Origin: a virus
Lineage: Duplodnaviria > Caudoviricetes
DNA length: 64,000 nt
Virus record (IMG/VR): IMGVR_UViG_3300031673_000001
Direction: 5' to 3' (one strand)
Every line of letters begins with the position of its first letter. Position 1 is the first letter of the stretch. The notes under the pieces are model-generated. The model was not told where the DNA came from. It saw only the letters and a program-made list of their open reading frames with translations, and did no database searches. The position numbers were made by a program, and so were the translations under genes. Positions 17,561-25,531 of this stretch are shown piece by piece.

Positions 17561-18756
17561 TCCCGTATCAAGGAAAATATGGAAAAGCTTCTGTAATGCT
17601 TAACGAACTAAACGATCAGAATACTATTAGTCAGATATATGAATTTTTAAATCATCCAGCATTTACAAATCCAATTGCTATCATGCCAGATTGTCATTAT
17701 GGAAAGGGTGCTGTAATTGGATTTACAATGGAAATGACTGATATGATTATTCCAAATATAGTCGGGGTCGATATTAATTGTGGTATGCTTTCTCTATTTC
17801 TTGGACCCAATGCTTTAGAAAAATTAACTATCGAACAAATTGATCAGAAAATAAGACAAAAGATTCCCTTATCAAAACATGTCCATCAAGAAGTAACATT
17901 ATCTCATCATATGCTAGACAATTATTTTTGGAAACATGCAAGCTATAATCACAAACATTTTACCTTACAATATAATAAACGATATGGAACCAAATATGAT
18001 CCATTTAAATTTGATATTGATTGGTTTGAAGATAAATGCAAACAAATCAAAATGGATTTTACAAGAGCTTTATCATCTATTGGAACCTTGGGAGGCGGAA
18101 ACCATTTTTTAGAACTGGGTAAATTAGTCAATCGAAAAGAATACCTTTTCACAATCCATTCAGGATCAAGACAATTTGGATTGAAAGTTTGTGATTACTG
18201 GCAACGAAAAGCTGGAAAAGGTCATTTAGCATATTTGACCGGAGATGATATGTTTGGTTATCTTACAGATATGGTATTTACCCAAATATATGCACAAACA
18301 AATAGAGAAGCAATGGCAACGATCATTGAACGTATTTTTGATATTCAATCTTATAAGACGATTGAAACATGCCATAACTTTATAAGTATTCAAGATTTTA
18401 TTATTCGCAAAGGTGCAATAGCTTCTTATAAGGAACATCAGATGATCATTCCATTAAACATGGAAGATGGTTTATTAATATGTGAAGGAAAATCAAATCC
18501 AGAATGGAATTATTCAGCTCCCCACGGAGCAGGAAGAATTAGTTCAAGATCTAGTATTAAAAGAAAAATGAAAGAAAAATCATCCGCTGAAATTGTTCAA
18601 GAACGAATGAAAGAGAAAGGAATATACATATCAGTAGTTCCATTGGATGAAACAAAAGAAGCATATAAAGATCCAAAACTAATTGAAGATACTATTGACC
18701 CAACTGCATCAATTATTGATCGTGTAATGCCTGTGCTCAATATTAAAGCAATTTAA
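17557..18756 (+). CDS. rtcB: RNA 2',3'-cyclic-phosphate/3'-phosphate ligase RtcB
   Basis: MPDCHYGKG, GVDINCG, GTLGGGNHF, HSGSR, HN, RKGA, SAPHGAGR, EAYKD. Confidence 0.95.
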   Translation: MIPYQGKYGKASVMLNELNDQNTISQIYEFLNHPAFTNPIAIMPDCHYGKGAVIGFTMEMTDMIIPNIVGVDINCGMLSLFLGPNALEKLTIEQIDQKIRQKIPLSKHVHQEVTLSHHMLDNYFWKHASYNHKHFTLQYNKRYGTKYDPFKFDIDWFEDKCKQIKMDFTRALSSIGTLGGGNHFLELGKLVNRKEYLFTIHSGSRQFGLKVCDYWQRKAGKGHLAYLTGDDMFGYLTDMVFTQIYAQTNREAMATIIERIFDIQSYKTIETCHNFISIQDFIIRKGAIASYKEHQMIIPLNMEDGLLICEGKSNPEWNYSAPHGAGRISSRSSIKRKMKEKSSAEIVQERMKEKGIYISVVPLDETKEAYKDPKLIEDTIDPTASIIDRVMPVLNIKAI

Positions 18757-19203
18757 TTGAATGTTAAATCGAAAGGAGATAACCATTCATTGGATATAGA
18801 TGGTTTTAAAAAATATATTCATACGGGAAGATCGTATATACCCAAAGTAACTATTAGAAAAAATGGAGTACTCGCTTTCAATAGTGGTGCTGTTCAAAAG
18901 TATGATCTATATGCATATAAATATGCTATACTTTATATCTCGGATGATAGGAATAGAATAGCAGTCAGATTTACAAATAGTGAAAAGGAATCTGGTATTC
19001 TTCAAATACAAAGTAGACCAGGAAATTTTCAAATATCTGCTAGAACCTTTTTTGGTCTATATGATATTGATTGGTCTGAAAATCGTAACTATGATTTCCT
19101 ATGGAATGAAAGAGATAAAACAGCAATTTTAAAAGTAAAGGACTCAAAACCAGAAATTATTAAACAACAAAGAGAGACTCTTCTTGCTATTAAGAACAAA
19201 TAA
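18757..19203 (+). CDS. Hypothetical protein
   Basis: 148 aa, directly after rtcB; start uncertain. Confidence 0.65.
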   Translation: MNVKSKGDNHSLDIDGFKKYIHTGRSYIPKVTIRKNGVLAFNSGAVQKYDLYAYKYAILYISDDRNRIAVRFTNSEKESGILQIQSRPGNFQISARTFFGLYDIDWSENRNYDFLWNERDKTAILKVKDSKPEIIKQQRETLLAIKNK

Positions 19204-19232
19204 CAAATTTGCTTATACAAAGGAGAATAGCT

Positions 19233-19370
19233 ATGAATGATAAAGCTGTAAATCTAATTCATTAGGTTTACACCAATCCACCGTAGAGTTGTAGAGGTCC
19301 CCCCAGTTGTTTTCATTCAAATAATAACTTTAACTTTGAACTGAAAACAAAAAGGGGAATAAAACAATGA
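19233..19370 (+). promoter_or_regulatory. Leader ORF with two in-frame UAG codons and an SD-sequestering hairpin
   Basis: SD AGGAG, ATG 19233; MNDKAVNLIH*(TAG 19263)VYTNPP*(TAG 19284)SCRGPPSCFHSNNNFNFELKTKRGIKQ-TGA 19368-70 overlapping ATG 19367. Confidence 0.65.
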
Positions 19371-19738
19371 CACGAAAAGAATTGAAGAATAAAATAAAAG
19401 AAGAACAAAAATTATTAGCAATCAAAATTAAAAGAGGAAAGTTTCTTAATAAACCTAGTCATAGAGAAAATATGACTGAGGAAGAAAAAGAATTCTATAT
19501 CTCAATTTATGATGGAATATCACATTTCAAAGATTGGAAAGTTGGACAATTAAGTCATGAGTATCGTCATAAACATATCATCTATTGTCAAATGTTTAAC
19601 AATACTCCTTATGAAAAAATTGAACACCCAAGAGTCAGTAATAAACCCACTCCCCAACATCTAAAACTTTATAAAGAACGATGGGAAGTGATACTTTGGG
19701 AAGCACAACGTGATGAAGCTTTACATAATAATACGTAA
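19367..19738 (+). CDS. Conserved phage hypothetical protein upstream of Pth2
   Basis: 123 aa; ..EYRHKHIIYCQM...PYEKIE..; overlaps the Pth2 start. Confidence 0.7.
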   Translation: MTRKELKNKIKEEQKLLAIKIKRGKFLNKPSHRENMTEEEKEFYISIYDGISHFKDWKVGQLSHEYRHKHIIYCQMFNNTPYEKIEHPRVSNKPTPQHLKLYKERWEVILWEAQRDEALHNNT

Positions 19739-20003
19739 AGATTTATCAATTTCACAAAGGGCAGTGCAGGCAGGACATGCTGTAGCGGAGTTTTGTCTGC
19801 GCGGTCCTATCTCGAGTTGGTCTAATGGAACTCTAATCTACTTGGGGGTTAGAAACTTAAATCAACTTGAAAAATTAATGTATCAACTTAATAATGAAAA
19901 TATTAGATATATCGAATTTCGTGAACCTGACTTATATAATCAAGTAACAGCAATAGCAACTGATCAACACTGTGAAATTTTTGAAAGGATAAGATTATTA
20001 TGA
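19710..20003 (+). CDS. Peptidyl-tRNA hydrolase type 2 (Pth2)-like
   Basis: KLYIIIRKDL....RAVQAGHA..EF.......W....LI.L..........F.EPDL..QVTAIA. Confidence 0.8.
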   Translation: MMKLYIIIRKDLSISQRAVQAGHAVAEFCLRGPISSWSNGTLIYLGVRNLNQLEKLMYQLNNENIRYIEFREPDLYNQVTAIATDQHCEIFERIRLL

Positions 20004-20278
20004 TTAAACTTGGAGAAAAAAGAATCAATCCTAACAATATAATTAAATATTATCCAGAACTAGAAAACTCTATTAAATTTGAATTAGTTAATGGCAAATC
20101 TGAAAGTATCTTTTTTAGACATCAGCAAGAACGAGATGAAATGTTAAAAATGCTAGATGATTATCTGGTATTTTTTGACAACGGAATACTGAAGGGAATA
20201 CGAGATCAAAATTTGCCATCATTTATTATTAATGATACAGACAAAGGATACGGTCCAGGCGGAATACCAATGCAATAA
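20000..20278 (+). CDS. Hypothetical protein
   Basis: Coupled by an ATGA overlap to Pth2; ends 8 nt before tRNA(CUA). Confidence 0.65.
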   Translation: MIKLGEKRINPNNIIKYYPELENSIKFELVNGKSESIFFRHQQERDEMLKMLDDYLVFFDNGILKGIRDQNLPSFIINDTDKGYGPGGIPMQ

Positions 20279-20286
20279 AATTTAGT

Positions 20287-20364
20287 GGTCCAGTAGCTCC
20301 AGTGGTTAGAGCAGGAAACTCTAAATTTCCGTTTGCGAGGGTTCGAATCCCTCCTGGACCACCA
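20287..20364 (+). tRNA. Amber suppressor tRNA (anticodon CUA)
   Basis: GGTCCAG/CTGGACC acceptor; GCTC/GAGC D stem; GGAAA-CT CTA AA-TTTCC; GAGGG-TTCGAAT-CCCTC; A73-CCA. Fully canonical fold. Confidence 0.92.
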
Positions 20365-20385
20365 AAGTAAAAGAAAGGATATAGA

Positions 20386-20592
20386 ATGCAAACAATAAAG
20401 TGTATTAGCGATTATTCTATAGAAGCAGAGGGGACAATAAAATTTGGAACAATTTTAACTGAAATGCCTGAATCTGACACGGGATTTGCTCAATATAGAA
20501 ATGAGAAAGGAGAAATATTCTATTTCGATGCTGAAGAAATTATGTTTTCTGATGAATTCTCGCAATCATTTAGATTAATTTCAAATGAATAA
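20386..20592 (+). CDS. Hypothetical protein
   Basis: SD AAGGA. Confidence 0.6.
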   Translation: MQTIKCISDYSIEAEGTIKFGTILTEMPESDTGFAQYRNEKGEIFYFDAEEIMFSDEFSQSFRLISNE

Positions 20593-20619
20593 TCATGTGT
20601 CAGTATCGAAAGGATAACA

Positions 20620-20865
20620 ATGATAACTCAAGTGATTGGAAAAGGAACAACAATATTAGATCAACAAGAATTTGATGAAATTCCAACATTAATTGCTAAT
20701 GAACTTCCAAATGCTGATATGTATCCTACTATATTACAATTTAAAATGATTGGCATGGATGGAAATTGGCTCTTATTTGATATTATTCATGTAAACGGAA
20801 AGGATGAAATTCAACAAGGTATTAATATATTTGCTACCAAAATTCAAGTTGAAACAGATGATTAG
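20620..20865 (+). CDS. Hypothetical protein
   Basis: SD AAGGA. Confidence 0.6.
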   Translation: MITQVIGKGTTILDQQEFDEIPTLIANELPNADMYPTILQFKMIGMDGNWLLFDIIHVNGKDEIQQGINIFATKIQVETDD

Positions 20866-20882
20866 AAAGGATAAAAAAAATA

Positions 20883-21074
20883 ATGTCAGCAACTGTTAAA
20901 CAGGATGAATCTAAATTAGTTTTCTGTTCATTCTGTTCTAAAAGCAATCAAATGATATATATTTATTGTGGTGAAACCGCTTCAATTTGTGACGAATGTT
21001 TGAATATAGTAAATCAGATAAAGATTATGCGTGACAAGAATGTTATCAAATTTATTGGAAAAATCCCAGAATGA
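20883..21074 (+). CDS. Stand-alone ClpX C4-type zinc-finger protein
   Basis: CSFCSKS...IYCGETASICDECL. Confidence 0.75.
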   Translation: MSATVKQDESKLVFCSFCSKSNQMIYIYCGETASICDECLNIVNQIKIMRDKNVIKFIGKIPE

Positions 21075-21151
21075 TCCTGTAGTCCAAATAGGCATAAGGA
21101 TATGAGACTTTCAATCTCAACACGAGGGTTCGAGTCCCTCCAGGATCACCA
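21073..21151 (+). tRNA. tRNA-Glu(UUC)
   Basis: TGAGA-CT TTC AA-TCTCA; CCA. Confidence 0.92.
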
Positions 21152-21172
21152 ACTTTAAGAAAGGATAAAATC

Positions 21173-21439
21173 ATGCCATTTTTTGTTTTAAGACTTATTC
21201 TTGTTCTTGGATCTATAGTTGGAGGAGTTTTTGGATTTAAAAAATTAACTGAAATTGCTGAAAAAAAATACTTCAATAATGGAAGCTGTAAGAAATGCGG
21301 TGGGCACTTTAAAATAATTGAAGGGGATGTTGGTAATGATCCAAAAGGATACAAATGCGATGTCTGTGATAATTGTGTTTGGATTTCTTATGGTTCAGAT
21401 ATAGGATATAAATACACACCAAGCAAACATTCTCAATAA
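21173..21439 (+). CDS. N-terminal TM plus Zn-ribbon hypothetical protein
   Basis: CKKCGGHF...GYKCDVCD. Confidence 0.65.
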   Translation: MPFFVLRLILVLGSIVGGVFGFKKLTEIAEKKYFNNGSCKKCGGHFKIIEGDVGNDPKGYKCDVCDNCVWISYGSDIGYKYTPSKHSQ

Positions 21440-21461
21440 CAATTTGGTTTGTAGTCCAGAT

Positions 21462-21536
21462 CCTGACCAGTGAAGGACGACGTTTCCAAGGGTGAAATTA
21501 ATCGAAACAGGTCGGGTTGGTCCCCTTCAATGTCGT
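21462..21536 (+). ncRNA. Unassigned structured RNA candidate C (possible pseudoknots)
   Basis: CCTGACC/GGTCGGG and GTTTC/GAAAC stems, with loop pairings TGAAGG/CCTTCA and ACGAC/GTCGT. Confidence 0.45.
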
Positions 21537-21620
21537 GATAAAGTAACCCAAAAACATACTATACGTATAAGGAAAAATTATATAATGATTAAAATAAAAA
21601 ATCGACAATAGGAGAAAATT

Positions 21621-22994
21621 ATGTTCATCCCCAACAACATAAATCTTCTATATATAGAAGATGATGAGGAAAATGCAAATCTTATTCTGTCATTTTTAAA
21701 ATTATCTGAATATACAAAATTTAATACAACTCATAAAAGTACATTAGAACAAGGTTTAGACTATATTACAGATAACTGTATTTCTACTTGTAATAACACT
21801 TGTAAAACTCAAAATATTGAAAACTGTGGAACAGATGTTATTTTATTAGATCTAGTTTTACAAAATAGTCGAGGAGTTGATACATATAAATCAGTTTTAG
21901 AAAAATGCCCCTGTATTCCAATTGTTATCATATCTGGATATGAACAAATGGCATATGAATGTGTTAAACTAGGAGCTCAAGACTATTTAGTAAAACCCCA
22001 TATTAATCCAGGTTTAATTATCAGATCATTGGTATATGCAATTGAAAGAAATAATCTAGAAAACTCAAAAATACAAGCTGAAAAGAAATTTAGAGAAGTT
22101 ATTTATGCAACTCCAATTGGTTTTCATAATTATGAACTAAAAGAAGAAGATCTAATATTTATAGGTTATAATCCAGCAGCAGATCGAATACTAAAAATTG
22201 ATCATAAACAATTATTAGGAAAAACAATTGATCAAGCATTTCCCTCTCTAACTAAAATGAAAATTCCTGAAAAATATAAAATAGTTGCAAAAACAGGCAA
22301 ACCATGGGAATCACAAATTTTAGAATACGAAGACCATAATATTAAAAAAGCTTATTTTAAAATACATGCATTTAGAACATACCCTGGTTCTATAACCTCT
22401 TCATTTGAGGATATTACAGAGCAAATAATAGCAACAGAAAAACTAGAATATAGTGAAAAAAGATTTAGAAACCTAGTTGAAATAACAGGTGCAGGAATAT
22501 ATGAAATAGATCTCACTAATGGAAAATTTACTTATGTAAATCATGTTATGTGTAAACAAACTGGATATACTAAAGAAGAACTTTTTGAAATTGGACCTTC
22601 TGGACTTTTAACTCAAAAAAGCTATCTTGACTGGGTTGATAGATGGGAAAGATTTACTGATCCAGAATATATTAATGGAGGAGCTTATGATGGTCCATTT
22701 CAATATGAAGCTATTGCAAAAGATGGTTCTCATCTTTGGTCATTAGTTATAGCAGAATTTGTAATGGATAAAAATAAAAATATAACCAAAGCAAATGTTG
22801 TTGCTATTGATATAACGAAACAAAAATTAATAGAATCTCAATTAAAGAAAAAAGAAGATATTATATTCAATCAATTAGAAGATAAAATACATCAATGGAG
22901 GGATGAAATAACCGAAAGATCTTCAGTTGAATTTCAAAAATTAAAAGACATGGACAATAAAATAATATCCATTAGTAATCAAATTGTGGAGTAA
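21621..22994 (+). CDS. Receiver (REC)-PAS-PAS protein with no kinase or output domain
   Basis: YIEDD, LLDL (phosphoacceptor Asp), IISG, AQDYLVKP; two PAS repeats (IGYNPAADRIL; TYVNHVMCKQTGYTKEEL). Confidence 0.85.
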   Translation: MFIPNNINLLYIEDDEENANLILSFLKLSEYTKFNTTHKSTLEQGLDYITDNCISTCNNTCKTQNIENCGTDVILLDLVLQNSRGVDTYKSVLEKCPCIPIVIISGYEQMAYECVKLGAQDYLVKPHINPGLIIRSLVYAIERNNLENSKIQAEKKFREVIYATPIGFHNYELKEEDLIFIGYNPAADRILKIDHKQLLGKTIDQAFPSLTKMKIPEKYKIVAKTGKPWESQILEYEDHNIKKAYFKIHAFRTYPGSITSSFEDITEQIIATEKLEYSEKRFRNLVEITGAGIYEIDLTNGKFTYVNHVMCKQTGYTKEELFEIGPSGLLTQKSYLDWVDRWERFTDPEYINGGAYDGPFQYEAIAKDGSHLWSLVIAEFVMDKNKNITKANVVAIDITKQKLIESQLKKKEDIIFNQLEDKIHQWRDEITERSSVEFQKLKDMDNKIISISNQIVE

Positions 22995-22997
22995 CTT

Positions 22998-23525
22998 ATG
23001 CCAGAAAATATAGATCTGATGGTTAAATTATTTGATACTTTAAAGCAATCATCAGATAAAAATGAAGCAACTCTTCAAAAATTAATAGAGCAGCAACGAT
23101 CTCTAATTGGTCATATAGAGTATCTACCGATTAAAGATTTACAGCAAGCTCTAAAAGAACACAATGCTCATTCATCCTCCGAAATTAACTCATGTACAGA
23201 AACTGTTAATACAACAACTAATAACATATTGGATAAAGTAAAGAATATCGAATCTAAAATAGCAAGGATGATTGTAGTTGTCCTTGTTGCATCTAGTGTT
23301 TTAGGACTTGCTTTTCTTGTAGGACGACTATCTCTTGATACAGGATCATTAGAAAAAAAAATTGAAGATAGACAACAGGCAGAACACAAAGAAATAATTG
23401 ATTCTGTTAGAAAATTAGTGCGTCAGGAATTTCAAACTATAGAAGAAAAAATAAATAAATTCCACAATTATGAAAAAAAAGAAAAAATTGAAGATACACA
23501 CAATACAGAAAAAAAATTTAAATAA
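22998..23525 (+). CDS. Coiled-coil protein with one TM helix
   Basis: MIVVVLVASSVLGLAFLVG segment. Confidence 0.7.
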   Translation: MPENIDLMVKLFDTLKQSSDKNEATLQKLIEQQRSLIGHIEYLPIKDLQQALKEHNAHSSSEINSCTETVNTTTNNILDKVKNIESKIARMIVVVLVASSVLGLAFLVGRLSLDTGSLEKKIEDRQQAEHKEIIDSVRKLVRQEFQTIEEKINKFHNYEKKEKIEDTHNTEKKFK

Positions 23526-23581
23526 AAAAAGAATTTAAATTAATATATGAATAATAATCTAACTAAAAGAAGGAGAGAAAA

Positions 23582-23860
23582 ATGAAAAATCTAATGCTAT
23601 ATTTTGAAAATCCATTAACCGTTCTCTATATTTTACTAATTTTTAATTTAGTGGTTGCTGCGATAGTTATACTAGCTTCTAACTTTATAAGAAAAGCAAT
23701 GAAAAATATTATTAAAGTTACCGAAGTACAATTTGATGCAAGCAAGCAGATGGAAAAATCATTTACAACAATGATGGAAGCAATGGTTAAAATGACAGAA
23801 TTAAGAAAACAAATAATTCTTTCTACTGATGATGAAAAAACAAAAAAGATTTCTCAATAA
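23582..23860 (+). CDS. Small membrane protein
   Basis: N-terminal TM; SD AGGAG. Confidence 0.65.
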   Translation: MKNLMLYFENPLTVLYILLIFNLVVAAIVILASNFIRKAMKNIIKVTEVQFDASKQMEKSFTTMMEAMVKMTELRKQIILSTDDEKTKKISQ

Positions 23861-23871
23861 AACCAAAATTT

Positions 23872-23945
23872 GGGGTGGGATCTGGTTATGATCAAAGAGG
23901 ACTCCAAACCCTCTTATCAGAGTTCGATTCTCTGTCACCCTGCCA
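23872..23945 (+). tRNA. tRNA-Trp(CCA), degenerate D arm
   Basis: Loop CT CCA AA; G73-CCA; no U8; short D stem. Confidence 0.78.
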
Positions 23946-23976
23946 TTTTATAAAATTTCATAAATAGAACAAATAT

Positions 23977-24480
23977 TTGAAATATATAATCGAGGAGATG
24001 ACTAGAATGAAATCTAAAAGTTTTCTTAAACTAATTTTAATTTTGACATTTTTATTTTTTTCATTAAGCGCATATGCATGGGAGGAAATAGATTACCATT
24101 TGTACTATGGAGATACTTCAAAATTTATAACTGTTGCGTGGGGAGATCCAAGAGTTACAACACCAGAGAATACAATGGATGATTATAATCCTGCAACTGA
24201 TAGCTTTGAAATTTCAATTTTTAACAAAGAAAGAAATATAGAGCAAGTTGTAGCAACTAATATCCCTGGTAATGTATTTGAATATAGTTTCCGTGCACCT
24301 AAAACAGGACATTGGATTCCTAAAATAAGAGTAGTTAGATATGAAATTGTAGATGGGGTAGAAGAAAATACAGTTACAGATTGGTCTGAATCAATTAACC
24401 CAGAAGTAGCAGAGGTCAATGGTCTTCCAAAAGCATGGTGGATATTTGCATGGATAGCACCAGTAGGACCAATTGAATAG
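23977..24480 (+). CDS. Secreted FN3/Ig-like protein (start probably the internal ATG of MKSKSF)
   Basis: Signal peptide ending AYA-W; beta-rich with TVAW..., F.AP.TGHW..KIR. Confidence 0.65.
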   Translation: MKYIIEEMTRMKSKSFLKLILILTFLFFSLSAYAWEEIDYHLYYGDTSKFITVAWGDPRVTTPENTMDDYNPATDSFEISIFNKERNIEQVVATNIPGNVFEYSFRAPKTGHWIPKIRVVRYEIVDGVEENTVTDWSESINPEVAEVNGLPKAWWIFAWIAPVGPIE

Positions 24481-24610
24481 TGTTTAGTAGTACAGAAAAT
24501 CGTGTAATAGAATATCAACAATAAATTTAAAAAATTGAATTCTCTATAAAGAGAATCTCTTATAAAATTCTCTTTATAATATAAAGAGAGTTCGGTAGGA
24601 GGAATTTAAC

Positions 24611-24928
24611 ATGGCAAAATTAGTAGGATTAAAAATTAAATTTCAAGCTTCAGCTTCACCAGATGTTGTAACAAATAAACTGTATTATGTTGAAAGTCCA
24701 GCAGTTGTAGATTATGATTCACCATTTGTAGATGTAGGAAATGTCAAAGATGAGAGCGGTTTTGTAATTGTAGATCTTGCTCAATATCTTTCAGGTTTAG
24801 AAGGTCGATATAATATAGGTGTTGCTGCAGTTGATGATGCTGGTAATGAAGCTGATATGTCTAAGGCAAATGACCTCCCTTTAAATTTCCTGGCGCCAGA
24901 AAGTGTTGGAGCTATCATCGTCCTGTAG
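24611..24928 (+). CDS. FN3-like single-domain protein
   Basis: ASASPDVV..KLYY...GRYNIGVAAVDDAGNEAD; SD AGGAGG. Confidence 0.7.
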   Translation: MAKLVGLKIKFQASASPDVVTNKLYYVESPAVVDYDSPFVDVGNVKDESGFVIVDLAQYLSGLEGRYNIGVAAVDDAGNEADMSKANDLPLNFLAPESVGAIIVL

Positions 24929-25045
24929 ACATTTTTTGGTGCCTCATAAGAGAGGCATTAGATGCTCTTGAACTTATGCAACAAGAAGCTGGTAAAAAAG
25001 CAAAAGATCTTGAAGAATAAGTTCTAGCATGTTTTATTCAATGAC

Positions 25046-25124
25046 GCCTGTGTGGTAGTAGGTGGTGAGCTACGCGAGACTGTCGATCTTGAGATAGCGG
25101 GTTCGATTCCCGTCATGGGCGCCA
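25046..25124 (+). tRNA. tRNA-Asp(GUC)
   Basis: CGAGA-CT GTC GA-TCTTG; G73-CCA. Confidence 0.88.
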
Positions 25125-25163
25125 AACAAAATTTTTAGAACAAAAAATTCTATAAAATTAAAT

Positions 25164-25239
25164 GGGGGTGTAGCTCAGTTGGGAGAGCGCTGCTTTTGCA
25201 CGGCAGAGGTCGCAGGTTCGATTCCTGTCACTTCCACCA
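25164..25239 (+). tRNA. tRNA-Ala(UGC)
   Basis: G3-U70; CTGCT-TT TGC AC-GGCAG; CCA. Confidence 0.95.
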
Positions 25240-25243
25240 ATAT

Positions 25244-25318
25244 GGGAGTGTAGCTCAATGGTAGAGCAATCAACTTATAATTGATAGAAGTGAGGTTCGA
25301 TTCCTCTCGCTCCTACCA
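25244..25318 (+). tRNA. tRNA-Ile(UAU)
   Basis: ATCAA-CT TAT AA-TTGAT; A73-CCA. Confidence 0.88.
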
Positions 25319-25352
25319 ATTTAAACTGTGAAAATGTGAAGGAAGAAAAATT

Positions 25353-25517
25353 ATGATTTTTGGAATTGTAGGTGCAATAGTTATTCTTTATTTGTTATTT
25401 GGTTGTATAATGGCGTGGTATGAAAGTTCTCAAACAGATGACCAATTTAAGTGGCAGTCAGTAATTTTATGGTTACCTAAAATGCTGGGAGTGAAAATTG
25501 GTGACGCAAGAAAATGA
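25353..25517 (+). CDS. Small membrane protein (54 aa, below the track cutoff)
   Basis: MIFGIVGAIVILYLLFGCIMAWY...; SD AAGGA. Confidence 0.55.
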   Translation: MIFGIVGAIVILYLLFGCIMAWYESSQTDDQFKWQSVILWLPKMLGVKIGDARK

Positions 25518-25531
25518 ATAGGTGAAACTCA

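Noticed and set aside
20287-20364. tRNA-Pyl
   Set aside because: The CUCUAAA loop matches, but it has a 2-nt linker, a GG-containing D loop, a 5-bp anticodon stem and a canonical TTCGA T loop, unlike tRNA-Pyl; no pyl genes are seen.
21451-21552. Hammerhead, preQ1 or c-di-GMP riboswitch assignment
   Set aside because: No CUGANGA core in the right order on either strand, and no recognisable consensus of those riboswitches; left unassigned.
24538-24592. TCTCT-TATA-AGAGA palindromic cluster as an origin or operator
   Set aside because: Short, low-complexity AT-rich palindromes compatible with a simple terminator; no independent support.
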